From Ascoidea asiatica JCM 7603 (taxonomy: Eukaryota; Fungi; Ascomycota): a stretch of 64,000 bases of DNA. Numbering within the stretch: position 1 is the first letter of the stretch; the number at the start of each line of letters is the position of its first letter. The stretch spans positions 1 through 64,000 of the forward strand of contig BCKQ01000005.1 of assembly GCA_001600695.1 (NCBI GenBank), given 5' to 3'. The position numbers were made by a program, and so were the translations under genes. The notes beneath the pieces are model-generated. The model made no database searches. It saw nothing but the letters and a program-made list of their open reading frames with translations, and was not told where the DNA came from. Positions 24,659 to 36,811 of this stretch are shown here, in pieces.

Positions 24659-26221
24659 TTATTCACTTGAAATATCTTCTGAGAAGATATAATGAACTTC
24701 TGTTTCTCTATCAAATCCATTGAATCCGGTTGTAGCTGCAGAGGTGTAAGCTCCAAGATCATTGAAATAAAGCCAATCATCAACTTTAACAGGATAATTT
24801 AATTCACAATCCTTATCAATGCAATCAAGTCCATCACAAGTAGGTCCCCAAATAGAAACTTTTTTATTTTTCCCTGGAAATCCATTATTGACATTGTTAT
24901 TGATATTTTCATTTTCATTTTCATTTTCATCTTGACTTTCTTCTTCATTTTTATATTCTTTTTGTCTATTATTATTCTCACCATAATTACCAACATCATA
25001 CTTAAAATCATTATCATATTCATTCATATTATTATAATTAATTCTTAAATCTTTTTCGGAATAATTTGATGAAATTTTTTCTTCCTTAAAATATTTGAAA
25101 TTTCCATTACTTGTTAAAACTTTTGCTTTAGGATTTTGATGATCATATAATATACAATTCATATTACCATAAACTCCATCATTAATATAAATCATTGTTT
25201 TACCATCTTCTTCTTCAATTCCATTATAATTTCCTCTTTTACCAATAATATTAACTCCTAAAGTAAAAGCTGTTTCAACAAAATATCTACCAGGTTCTGC
25301 AATTATTTTAATACCTAAATTAATTGGGAAATATTTATTTAATGAATAATTTAAAATTTTACAAGTTTCTTTAAAATTTTTTTTACAAAAACCACCACCA
25401 ATATCTAAAATATTCATTTCATTTTTATTAAATTTAAAAAAATTCCAAGCTTTTTCAAAAATTTTTTTACAAATTTTTATTGATTCATATAAACAATTTA
25501 AATCTTTTGAACCAGAACCAATATGAAATGATAAACCAGATAATTTTAAATTTAATTTTTTACAAGTTTTTAATAAAATTTCAATATTTTTTAAATCTGT
25601 ACCAAATTTTGTTGATAATCTACATTTTGCAAATTCATCATCAGTTTTAATTCTTAATAAAATTTTACAATTTGAATGAAATTTTTTAATTTTATATAAT
25701 TCATTTAAATTATCAAAAGTCATTAAATTTATATTAACATTATTTGAAAATTTTATAAATGAATTATTTTTAATTGGATTTGCATAAATAATTTTATTTG
25801 ATTTAATACCTAAATTTAAAATTGATAAAATTTCATTTTTTGATGCACAATCAAATGAACAACCTAATAAAGATAAAATTTTTATAATATTTTTATCATT
25901 ATTACATTTAATTGCATAAAATGGTTGAATTCTTGGTAAATTTAATTTCCAATTTAAATATAATGTATAAATTTCATTTAAATCACAAATAAAAAATGGA
26001 GAATCATCATCTTCTAAATTTTTGTTTTTTAAAATTTCTAAAAATTTGTTTCCAATTCTTTTTTTCTTCATATTCTCAATTTCAATTTCATTTTCTTTTT
26101 CATTTTCATTTTCATTTTCATTTTGAATTAAATCATCAAAATCATTTTGATTAATTTTATAATTAATTGATGATAATGAAAAATTTTCACAACCAATTAA
26201 TATTGCAGAGTCTTTAGTCAT
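24659..26221 (-). CDS. SPE1: Ornithine decarboxylase
   Basis: PFYAIKCN (PLP lysine), FDCASK, SFHIGSG, AEPGRY, WGPTCDGLD; contains N/E-rich insertions. Confidence 0.97.
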   Translation of the reverse strand: MTKDSAILIGCENFSLSSINYKINQNDFDDLIQNENENENEKENEIEIENMKKKRIGNKFLEILKNKNLEDDDSPFFICDLNEIYTLYLNWKLNLPRIQPFYAIKCNNDKNIIKILSLLGCSFDCASKNEILSILNLGIKSNKIIYANPIKNNSFIKFSNNVNINLMTFDNLNELYKIKKFHSNCKILLRIKTDDEFAKCRLSTKFGTDLKNIEILLKTCKKLNLKLSGLSFHIGSGSKDLNCLYESIKICKKIFEKAWNFFKFNKNEMNILDIGGGFCKKNFKETCKILNYSLNKYFPINLGIKIIAEPGRYFVETAFTLGVNIIGKRGNYNGIEEEDGKTMIYINDGVYGNMNCILYDHQNPKAKVLTSNGNFKYFKEEKISSNYSEKDLRINYNNMNEYDNDFKYDVGNYGENNNRQKEYKNEEESQDENENENENINNNVNNGFPGKNKKVSIWGPTCDGLDCIDKDCELNYPVKVDDWLYFNDLGAYTSAATTGFNGFDRETEVHYIFSEDISSE

Positions 26222-26261
26222 TTATATACAATATAAAGTGATATAATATAAAATTTTGATG

Positions 26262-26318
26262 TCACGCCAAAATCTCTAAAGAATTTAATGATATTTTTTT
26301 AGTTGATAATGAAGGCAT
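26262..26318 (-). other. Candidate uORF (MPSLSTKKISLNSLEILA*) in the SPE1 leader
   Basis: ATG at 26318 to TGA at 26262, ending 40 nt before the SPE1 ATG. Whether it is inside the mRNA is unknown. Confidence 0.4.
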
Positions 26319-27382
26319 AAAAGCTTTCTTCTTAATAAGATTTAAAATTTACTTAATTTTGAAAATTTAAAAAAAAAAAAATTAATTTTCAATAAAAGCT
26401 AAATATCTAAAATATAGGGTGAAAAAATTACTCACTTTAGCAATATTGAGTGAATATTTGAGAATTTTGTAATAATATTTCAATTGATTAAATAATGGAA
26501 AAATAGTTAAAGATGATACTCTTACTCAATGGATAGATACTACTGTAGTGATGAATAGTTTTTTTTTTATTTTATTTTACAGATCAAGCATTTCACTAGA
26601 ATATAAAATTTTAATTTTTCAAAATACCAACAAAGAAAATGGGGGAAAAATAAAATAAAATATTTTCAGCATCGTCGGCGTCGCAAGTAGGGCTCTAGAG
26701 CCCGTTCACAACCAGCCAGGCAGTTTCCAGATACAGCAGAAAACCGGAACTTGAAAATAACCCCTTTGGGACACACAGACCCCAGACTGTTCTGAAGCGT
26801 AGACCCCGTGCACCGCCACAGTGGCCAAACACAAAAGGTAAACAAAGCAGGAAAAGTAAACAAAGAAAGTAAACACGAAAAAGAACAAAAATTCAGAAGC
26901 CCGTTTTAAAGTTGGCTCCTGCGCTGGTGGAAATTTCATTGAATTTGAATTTGAATTTGAATTGGAGATAAAGTTACAAATCTATTTTCAAAAACCACAA
27001 AACAAACAAAGAAAGAAATAAACAAAGAAATAAATAAACCATTTTCATGTTATTCTTCAATCTTCAATCTTCAATCTTCATGGAACTTGTTTATTCAAAG
27101 AATCTGGCTCAAATAAATCCTAATCATATTTTCTGTTTCATAATTCCTTCACAATAAACGATTTATATCAATCGCTATTTCTGAATTAGATAATTTTATT
27201 TCTTTTCACTTACGTTTTTCAATTCAACCATCTTTCTTAATTTACTTTAAAAGCTATTCATTTTCAATTCAGCTACTTATTTAAATTTAGCTAATCACTT
27301 ATGAATCATATAATCTTATATATTGATTATCTATTTCCTCTTTTATTTTCTTTTTCATAAGTCTTTTCAAATCAATTTTAAA

Positions 27383-29764
27383 ATGGATACTTCCGCTACT
27401 GATATCTTAAAGAGCAAAATATTTAATGCTAATAATACCAATTTAAACAATAATAACAAATATATTTCAAATAATTCTAAACAGAAATCAAATTCATATA
27501 AACCATCTACTTTAAGTCAATTAAGATCAAATCAAAATCAACATCAAAATCAAAAATCTCAATTAAAATCAAAATCAAAATCAAAATTAATCTCAAATTC
27601 AAATTCAAATTCAAATTCAAATTCAAATTCAAAAAAAGAAAACTTTTTAAATCATAATGATTCTAAACTGAATCTCGATACTTCCTTATTATTAAATAAT
27701 GATTTTGACTTAGATGATATATCCGAAATTACTGAAACAAATGATATAACTTATAAAAAATTATCAAATAATTCTTCTTTACCTTCAAATGAAATAAATA
27801 AATATTTAAAAAGTGCAATAAATAAAACAATAAATGAATTAAATATTTATAAAAAAAAAGATTTACATAATCAATCAAAATTAAATGATTTAAATAAAAT
27901 AAATATAGGTCTTGTTGAAAAACTTCAAAAATATAAAACATTATCAATTTCAAGAAAGAATATTATTAATGATTTAAACCAGCAAATAAAACTTTTAAAA
28001 TCTATTTCTACTTCTACTTCTAATAGTAGTAATAATAATAATAATAATATTAATAATAATAATAATAATTCTGAAAACGAAAAAATTAAAGATAATGATA
28101 TAAGTCTTGATTCAATATCTTCTGAAATTTTTACCAATGATATTAATCAAACTAACAAAAATTTCGATTCAAATTTAAATTTAAATTCAAATTCAATTCC
28201 TAATAATAAAGAAAATATAAACTTAAATCAACCTAACTCTCAAAATAATCAAATAATTACAATGTTACTCAACAAATTAGACAAGCAATCAACTGAAATA
28301 AATAACCTTAAAAATCAACAAAAACAACTAAGTCAAGAAAATCAAAAAAATCAATCATCACATAACATTCAGAATTCTCATAATCCTCAGAAAATTGAAA
28401 AAGTTCTTGAAAACCAAGAAAATTTGAAGTATCAGCAAAATTCGGAAATCCATCAAAAACAATCACAATCACACCTTTCAAACACATTCCCAAATAATAT
28501 TACAAATAACAATACTCATACAGTTCCACAGCATTCAACTCAATCAATCCCATCACAACAAATTCCACCTTCTTATATTTACTTTTCTAATCAAGTCCCC
28601 ATAAATAATCCAGAAATTATAAACTCTATAAATCCTAATACCTCTGACCAAATTCAAAATCAAAATCAAAATCAAAATATTCCAATCTATCATCAAAATT
28701 TGTCTTCTCAAAATTCCCATGAAATTCCAACTCAATATGAGTCTCAACCTCAACAACTTAAAAACCCACTATTAGATACCAAATCTAAACCATTCATGAA
28801 TCAAAATAATGCCCAGAATCCAATTCAAATAGACACTCAAAATTCAAGTCAAATTTTCAAAACACAAACTGAAAGTATTAAAAAGAATGATAATAATTCT
28901 TCAAATTTTGATCATTCTCAAAATGATTTAAAAATCATAGAAACTACTCTACAAAATTATTTAAGAAAAAAGCAACTTAAAAAAGAATTATCTGAGCTTG
29001 AAAATGATGAATATTTAACTTTATTAGAGGAAATCAAAGGCTTTGTTCAAAAGGAGAAACTAAAAAAAGAGTCGAAAAATATTCAAAATGCTAAAGACAT
29101 AAAGGAAGTCGACAAAAAAAATAAATCAAAAAACTTATATAATATTAAAATTTCAGAAAATAGTTTACCACAAAAAAATAATTTAAAAGCTCAAAATTCT
29201 AGTAATTATTTTATTGATCGAATAAAAATCAACGCAAATGACAAAGAAATTAGAAATAAAATACCTTTAAGTCTTGATTTACAAACTTTTAAAGATTTAA
29301 ATATTGATACTTCTAATATTTTAAATAAACAAAATTTAGATTTTAACTATAATAGTATAAATCATCATCCTAATAGGTTTGATACAGATGATCTTATAAG
29401 CAATTTAAGTGAAGAAGATTCATCATCGGACAATTCTGATTATTGGAATAAAGAACCAAAAATTGTTCCTAAAAAGACTGATGATGAACATACATTGCTA
29501 ATATGGTTCAAAAAGCTAAAAAATGATTATATAACTCAGAATAAGAAATGTGAAGATATTTCAAAAACTTTGAAAAAATTGAAAGTCAATAGAAGAACCA
29601 ATGAGGTTTTATTAGAAGAACATAAAAAATTAGCTTCAATGAAAGAGGAACTTAATAGAATGGAACTAATTTTAAAAAAAGAATTAGGTAATGACTATGC
29701 TGATTATATAGAAAACATATCACCTTTAAAATACGAAGAAAATGAAAAAGAGGAAAACAATTGA
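27383..29764 (+). CDS. Hypothetical N/Q/S-rich protein with several coiled-coil segments
   Basis: 793-aa open frame from the ATG at 27383; heptad-like K/E/L blocks separated by low complexity; no family recognised. Confidence 0.8.
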   Translation: MDTSATDILKSKIFNANNTNLNNNNKYISNNSKQKSNSYKPSTLSQLRSNQNQHQNQKSQLKSKSKSKLISNSNSNSNSNSNSKKENFLNHNDSKLNLDTSLLLNNDFDLDDISEITETNDITYKKLSNNSSLPSNEINKYLKSAINKTINELNIYKKKDLHNQSKLNDLNKINIGLVEKLQKYKTLSISRKNIINDLNQQIKLLKSISTSTSNSSNNNNNNINNNNNNSENEKIKDNDISLDSISSEIFTNDINQTNKNFDSNLNLNSNSIPNNKENINLNQPNSQNNQIITMLLNKLDKQSTEINNLKNQQKQLSQENQKNQSSHNIQNSHNPQKIEKVLENQENLKYQQNSEIHQKQSQSHLSNTFPNNITNNNTHTVPQHSTQSIPSQQIPPSYIYFSNQVPINNPEIINSINPNTSDQIQNQNQNQNIPIYHQNLSSQNSHEIPTQYESQPQQLKNPLLDTKSKPFMNQNNAQNPIQIDTQNSSQIFKTQTESIKKNDNNSSNFDHSQNDLKIIETTLQNYLRKKQLKKELSELENDEYLTLLEEIKGFVQKEKLKKESKNIQNAKDIKEVDKKNKSKNLYNIKISENSLPQKNNLKAQNSSNYFIDRIKINANDKEIRNKIPLSLDLQTFKDLNIDTSNILNKQNLDFNYNSINHHPNRFDTDDLISNLSEEDSSSDNSDYWNKEPKIVPKKTDDEHTLLIWFKKLKNDYITQNKKCEDISKTLKKLKVNRRTNEVLLEEHKKLASMKEELNRMELILKKELGNDYADYIENISPLKYEENEKEENN

Positions 29765-30027
29765 TTAAGCATTTCAATTTTTGTCTTTTATTTTAGAAAT
29801 TTCTATTCTTCTTTTTTTTGGCGAATTATTATTTAGTTCTTTGAAGACTAATACCCCAAAAAACTATCCTCCTTTATATAAAACTGAAATATATTTTTTA
29901 TAATCTTAAATCTTACGAACTTGAACGTAGAACTTCAGAATTATCTGGAAACGTTAAAAGCAACTACAATAGGCTATGAAACAATGCGCCAATATTCTGG
30001 TCTCGCTATTATAAAACTTTTGATAAT

Positions 30028-30035
30028 ACGCGAAA
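30028..30035 (+). promoter_or_regulatory. MCB/SCB-like element ACGCGAAA upstream of RAD50
   Basis: Motif match 130 bp upstream of the split start codon. Confidence 0.35.
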
Positions 30036-30157
30036 TGAATGTTAAAATATTTGATCAAAATACTTATTTTGGAAGTAGTTTAATTAGCTTAAGTTTCTAT
30101 TCTTCAATTCTATAGTAAATATACTGTTTTCAAGCCCTTTATGATTATTTAGACGAA

Positions 30158-33100
30158 ATGTATGTTTTCTATTTTGAATTGTGTTTTTAAAGATTGAATA
30201 TAATACAAAAGCTTGCTCGTTTTACTAACAGTATTTAATAAATAAATTTGTTAACTATTTAAGGTCAAGTATTTATAAACTATCAATTCAAGGTATCAGA
30301 TCTTTTGATCCTTCTCAAAGAGAGACTATTGAATTCGGAAAGCCTTTGACATTGATTGTTGGCCAAAATGGTTCAGGAAAGACTTCGATAATCGAATGTT
30401 TAAAATATGCAACAACTGGTAATTTGCCTCCAAATTCAAAAGGTGGAGCCTTTATTCATGACCCAAAAATCATTGGTGATAAAGAAATTAAAGCTCAAAT
30501 CAAGTTGGCTTTCACAAATTCAAATAATGTCTCCATGATAGTTACACGTTCAATGCAACTAATTGCTAAAAAAACTACTCAAACTTTTAAAACTCTTGAA
30601 GGTTTATTAGTTGCTTTAAATAAGAATGAACGATCAACTATTTCTACAAGATGCGCTGAATTAGATACTCAAATACCTCTTTATCTTGGTGTATCAAAAT
30701 CTATATTAGAGTATGTTATATTCTGTCATCAAGATGACTCTTTATGGCCTTTATCTGAACCATCGATTTTAAAAAAAAGATTTGATGAAATATTTGAAGC
30801 TTTGAAATTTACAAAGGCTTTAGATAATTTAAAACAAATTAGAAAAGATTTAATGATAGAAATTAAGCTTTTACAACAAAGAGTTGATTTTTCAAATAGT
30901 GATAAACAAAAATCAGATAAAATTAAATCTAATTTGAAGCTATTAAACGAAAATATTACTAAATACTCTTTTAAATTAACTGAATTAAGTCAAAAAATCG
31001 ATTCCTTGAATAATGAAATTAATAAATTATTCAACTCAAATAGGGATTTTGAAAACATTTTAAGTAATATTAAAAGATTAGAATACGAAAGAATTTCAAT
31101 TCAAGATCAAATTGATCATTTAGAACAATCTATCCAGTTCTTACCTGATTCAAAACATTCATTAGAGGAAAAATTATCTAAATTTCATGATAATGTAATT
31201 ATCAAAACTAAAAAATATAATTCCAATATAAAATTTCTTGAGGAAAAAAATAATTCTTTAAGTGATCAAAGAAATTTTTATAATATTAAAACAGTCGAAT
31301 TAGGTAAATTGCAGGCTACTAAAGAAAGATTTCAACTAAATTTATCCAAAAGGGTTAATATTATAAAAAATGGTTCCTTGATATTAAAATTAAATCCTAA
31401 ACTAATCTCTAGTTTAGATAATAATCCTTACGACTTAGGTAGTATTAATTCTTTTAAAAATTCACTTGAAAATGTTTTATCGACAAAAAAAAGTCTCTTA
31501 AATTCATTAAAAGAAGAAAATTTGGAAAAGATAAATATTCAAAAAGAAAACCTACGTCAATTAAAGGATACTAAACTAAAAGACCTTGAATATAGAAAAT
31601 ACTCTTCAAATGATATTAAAAGAATTAAAATGGATGTTGATCGAATTACACAACAGATAAATAGAGATACGGCTAACGAAGGTGATATTGAATATGAAAA
31701 ATCACAGCTTGCTAATTTAAAAAAATCCTTTGAAAATTTGAATTCTTCAAATGATATACAATTACTAACTGACCAGATATCTTCCAGTAAAGTTGAAATT
31801 ATCAAATTAGAAAATGAATCAGATGAAATATCAAATTCTATAGTTATAGCTACAACACAATCTTCTCTACATTCTAAATTATCATTATTAAGTTCAGATA
31901 AAATTCATCGAGAAAAGGCAATGAACACTATGATTGAAAAATACTCCACTGAATATCAGCTTTGTGTAGGAAAAGATTTTGACATTAATAACTGTACTAC
32001 TGAATTAGGTAATAAAACATCTGAACTTGATAGATCTGTTTCTAAAAAAAGAGAGGAATATAATGAATTGAAAGAACTTAGTTCTAAAATACAGTCTACC
32101 CTAAAAAATTTTGAAGATAATTCAATAGCACTCAATAAAGAGTTAAAAAAGTGCCAAAGAATAATTAATGAAACATTGCCTGAAGAGGTGCCTGTAAATG
32201 AATATGAAACATTCATTAAAGAATTGGAAGAAGATCATGAAACAGCTTTAGAAAATGCAAAAATTTATAATGTGACAAGAGAATTTAATGTAAATGCATT
32301 GAAAATTGCTGGAAAAGATAAATTTTGTATTTTATGTCGCAGGTCATTTTCTGCAAAAGAATTAAGTGGAGTCATGAAATATTTACATAATCAAATTGAA
32401 ACTGATTCTACTCAGGAATATTTAGTTGAAGTGGAAAGAATCAAATCTGATCTTGATGTTGCCAGAAGCATCTCAAATAATGTGTCTAGGTATAGAATTT
32501 TAACCGAAACTGAATTGCCGAATTTGCAGAATAAGCAAAATTCATCTCAAATACAATTCTCCGAAACAAAGATAAAAATTGAGAAAATGTCTTCTGAGCT
32601 AAACGAACTTGAAAGAAAATTAACAAAAATTATTTCATTACAAAATCCTATAAGAGAAATCATTCGCAAAAGAGAAGAACTTAATAACATTGAAAATGAA
32701 GTCTCAAATGTTGAATCTGAATTGTCTACCTATGGAGTTTCAATAATTTCAATTCAAGAGTTACAAACTCAACAACACGAAAAAAATGCTAAGCTAAAAG
32801 TTCTTAGAGAAGATATCAATCAATTAAGAATAAAAATACAGCGAAAGAAAGATGAAATAATGCGAACAGAAAATTTCATAAATACTAAAAAATTACGTAT
32901 AAAAACATTAGAAACCAATGTAATTGAAAGAGAAGCCAAAATTTCTAGTATCAAGCTTAAAGAAAAAAAGATTGGTGAATTGGAGAAAATTGTTATTCAA
33001 TATGATAAGAAAATTGAAGAATTAGAGATCAAAATTACTAAAAGTTCTCAAGACTTATCTGCAATAGAAAGTCAATTTTCCAAAGAAGAATTTAAAATCA

Positions 33101-34203
33101 AGAATGAGATTGAAATTTTTGACTCAATGCAAAATGAGTTCAATGAATGTGATGATTTTGTAGTAAAATACCTAAATGACGAAAAAGTAAAACTTAAAAA
33201 TTGTGAAGAAGAAATAAAAAAATTTGAGCAGATCATTGAATCTTTACAATTTGAAATAAATGATTTAGACCAATCATTAAAGAAGCAAACAGCAGAAATT
33301 GCAGATACAGATAAAGAAAAAAGAAATATTGAAGATAATCTTAAATTACTATCATTAAATAATAAAGCTACTCATCTTGATGAAGAAATTCAAGAGTTAA
33401 AACAAGAAAATGCAGAAAGTAAAAAAAATGAATATTTATTGGAAAGCAATAGGTTAAATGATAGTAGAAATGAATTAAATGGAATTCATTCAGCTACTCT
33501 TGGTGAAATAAGGCAAATGGAAATTCAAAGTAATAATCTAAAGAGAGAATTGAAAACAGAATATAAAGATATTGAAAATAGATATCATGAAGAATGGGTT
33601 AGCCTACAAACTAAGGAATTAGTATCACAAGATATTGGTGTATATTCAAAGGCGTTGGATAATGCCATTATGAAATATCATAGTATCAAAATGGAAGCAA
33701 TTAATCGAATTATTGATGAACTTTGGAAAAAAACTTATAGTGGAACAGATGTGGATACTATACTTATAAAAAGTGATGTTGTGAATAGTAAATCTAAAAA
33801 TAGTATTAATAGATCATATAACTATAGAGTAGTGATGGTTAAGCAAGACGTTGAGTTAGACATGAGAGGAAGATGTTCAGCAGGACAAAAAGTTTTGGCT
33901 AGTATTATAATTCGGTTAGCATTAGCAGAATGTTTTGGAGTTAATTGTGGTATGATAGCTTTGGATGAACCAACTACAAATTTAGATTCAGACAATATAG
34001 AATCTTTGGCAAAAGCATTAGGAAGTATTGTTGATATGAGAAAGTCTCAAAGAAATTTTCAATTAATTGTAATTACCCATGATGAAAAATTTTTAAATCA
34101 TATGGATGCAGCTAAATATACAAATCATTTTTATAGAGTTAGTCGAAATGAAAGACAAAAATCAGAAATTGAATGGGTTGATATAAATAAGGTAACCGAC
34201 TAA
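30158..34203 (+). CDS. RAD50: MRX complex ATPase Rad50, two exons: 30158-30159 and 30264-34203
   Basis: Splicing restores MSSIYKLSIQGIRSFD..ETIEFGKPLTLIVGQNGSGKT. Zinc hook CILC, signature RCSAGQK, LDEPTTNLD. Confidence 0.97.
30160..30263 (+). other. Spliceosomal intron (104 nt) splitting the RAD50 start codon AT|G
   Basis: GTATGT at 30160, TACTAAC at 30223-30229, AAG at 30261-30263. Confidence 0.92.
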
Positions 34204-34383
34204 TATTAAATTTTTTGTTTGAACAAAGAATATTTTATTGTGTAGTATTTATAAAGCTATTTATTTAATAAATATTTTCTGCATTTTCTATATCTAAAGT
34301 TTAAGTTTAAGGTTAAGTTAATTTTAAATAAAAAATAAAAAAAGGAGATGAAAAATAATGTATGTGTTTGAATTTATCAAGAA

Positions 34384-35100
34384 TCATAATATATCTTTAT
34401 CATAAACTTCTGCAGTTAAAACATGAGAATGATTATCATAAATTTTAATAATTCCATTATCTTTTTCAATATCAATTATAGAAATTCCTGTATTATGAGG
34501 AGCTTGAAATTTAAAATCATTAATATCAATATCACTTGGGATTTGATAAATATAATTTGATTTTTTTAACAATAAAGTAAAAAGTTTAGAAATAAAGCCT
34601 CCATGAGAACATACTAATATGTTATTGCAATCTTTGCATTCTTGAAGAATTTGATTCCAGATTGAATTTGCTCTTATATTGAAATCAGGAATTGATTCCC
34701 CAAAATCATTAATAGGTTTATTTAATTGTTTTGATAAAAGTAAAGCATCGGATTTCTTCATTCCTTGTAACTCACCAAGATTTTTCTCTCTTATTCTTTC
34801 GGAAAGATGAATAGGCTTTTCAGTAGTTGACTGATAAGAAGTTATAATTTTTGCAGTTTTTGAAGCACGATCCAAATCACTTGAATAAATTTTATCGAAA
34901 TCGATGATACTTAGGCATTTACCACAAGCATTAGCTTCTTTTATTCCCAGATCATTTAAAGGAATATTTATATGACCTTGATAAATCTGAAGTTTATTTG
35001 AATCAGTTTGACCATGTCTGACAACAAATACTCTCAAGATATTACTATCATTATTTGAAGTGATGCTATTACTTGATTTATGAATATCGTCTAAAGTCAT
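34384..35100 (-). CDS. Histidine phosphatase / phosphoglycerate mutase family protein (YOR283W-like)
   Basis: RVFVVRHGQT, SSDLDRA, REKNLGELQG, LVCSHGG. Confidence 0.9.
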   Translation of the reverse strand: MTLDDIHKSSNSITSNNDSNILRVFVVRHGQTDSNKLQIYQGHINIPLNDLGIKEANACGKCLSIIDFDKIYSSDLDRASKTAKIITSYQSTTEKPIHLSERIREKNLGELQGMKKSDALLLSKQLNKPINDFGESIPDFNIRANSIWNQILQECKDCNNILVCSHGGFISKLFTLLLKKSNYIYQIPSDIDINDFKFQAPHNTGISIIDIEKDNGIIKIYDNHSHVLTAEVYDKDIL

Positions 35101-35569
35101 GATGAAGATGATAGAAGAGAGTGATTATTATGATAAAGAAGAGTAATAAACAACTTATATAATAGGATTATATAAAGAATGAACTGGTGAATGAAAGAAC
35201 TTCTAATTTGCAAACAAAATTTTATTTTAAGTAAAACTAAAGACTAAATACTAGAATAGAATGTTGATGGAATATGGATAAGGTGGAAAACGTTGGCTTG
35301 AAAATAAGGTTTTTCTATATGCCATTAAATTTAAATGCACCAAGACAGCACCGAGATTACAATAGAATATATTTATAAAAATAAAAAGTAAACTGAGCAT
35401 TAAATAGATTATTGATGGTTTAATATTAAAATATATAAAGAATGTATAAAAAATATATATGTAGCTATATACTATTTATACTGAATCTACTAAATCTACT
35501 TATGTAATTATGTAATTATTGAATGTAATTATTGTAAGTATAAACTGTTGTGATTATTTATTTAAGTAT

Positions 35570-36811
35570 TTAGAGTTCTCTATAATAACCAGTTTTAATT
35601 AAAGGCATTTTTGATACTTCAAATTGTTTTAATTTACCTCTTGTTTCAATTAAAACCTTTGTACCAGATTTTTTAAAAGAAGGTTGAATATAACCTTGAG
35701 CAATATTAACTTTTAAAGAAGGAGATAAAGAACCACTTGAAACGTAACCAATTGATTCAGATTTATTATTTATATTAAAAATTTTTGAATGTTGTCTTGG
35801 AGCAGGACCTTTTTCAAGAGCTTTGAAAGCTACTCTTTTATATTGAATAGAATTTTGATCTTTTAATTGAGATAAAATTTTTGAAGAACCATTGAAAGAA
35901 GAAGTTGAAGTTCTTCTTGATTTTGAAACTACCCAATTTAAAGAAGCTTCAATTGGAGTTATAATTTGAGATAATTCATGACCATAAAGACACATACCAG
36001 CTTCTAATCTTAAAGAATCTCTTGCTGCTAAACCAATTGGTTTAATAATATCAAAATCATTTTTAAATAAATCAGATACAAAAAGATTAGCCAATTCTGG
36101 ATTTGGAATAGAAATTTCAAAACCATCTTCACCAGTATAACCACCTCTAGAAATATGAATTAAATTATGAGAATTTGAATTTAAAAAATTATTATCAAAA
36201 TTTGAAGAAAAAGATTGAATACCTTTAAAATTTTGATCAAATTTAAAAAAAGAAGAATTACCGAAAAAAAGTTTTGATAAATCAATTGAAGGTAAATATT
36301 TATTTAAAATTGAAATTGATTTTGGACCTTGAATTGCAATTAAAGTTGAAGTTGATTGATTAAATAATTGATGAGATATATCATGATTACCATTATTAAA
36401 ATTTTGTAATTCATTTTTTAAAAATTGTAAATCTTGAGTTGCACAACCTGCATTTGTTACTATATAAAATTGATTATTAGAATGTTTTGTAATTATTGTA
36501 TCATCAACAATACCACCATTTTGATTTAATAAAACAGATAAAGTTGAAGTACCTACTTTTAATTGATTAATATCAGTTGGAGTTATTTTTTGTAAAAAAT
36601 CAATTGCAGAATTACCAGATAATTTATGTTGTAACATATGAGAAACATCAAATAAACCAGATTGAGATCTAACCCAATTATGAGATTCAATATGAGATTG
36701 AATCTTTGGATATAAAACAGGCATTGAAAAATCAGCATAATCAACCATTTTTGCACCAAATTTTATATGAATATCATACAATGTAGTTTTTTTTAAAAGT
36801 TTAGAAGCCAT
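35570..36811 (-). CDS. GCV1: Glycine cleavage system T protein (aminomethyltransferase)
   Basis: GLFDVSHM, RGGYTGEDGFEI, GLAARDSLRLEAGMCLYGHE. Confidence 0.96.
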   Translation of the reverse strand: MASKLLKKTTLYDIHIKFGAKMVDYADFSMPVLYPKIQSHIESHNWVRSQSGLFDVSHMLQHKLSGNSAIDFLQKITPTDINQLKVGTSTLSVLLNQNGGIVDDTIITKHSNNQFYIVTNAGCATQDLQFLKNELQNFNNGNHDISHQLFNQSTSTLIAIQGPKSISILNKYLPSIDLSKLFFGNSSFFKFDQNFKGIQSFSSNFDNNFLNSNSHNLIHISRGGYTGEDGFEISIPNPELANLFVSDLFKNDFDIIKPIGLAARDSLRLEAGMCLYGHELSQIITPIEASLNWVVSKSRRTSTSSFNGSSKILSQLKDQNSIQYKRVAFKALEKGPAPRQHSKIFNINNKSESIGYVSSGSLSPSLKVNIAQGYIQPSFKKSGTKVLIETRGKLKQFEVSKMPLIKTGYYREL

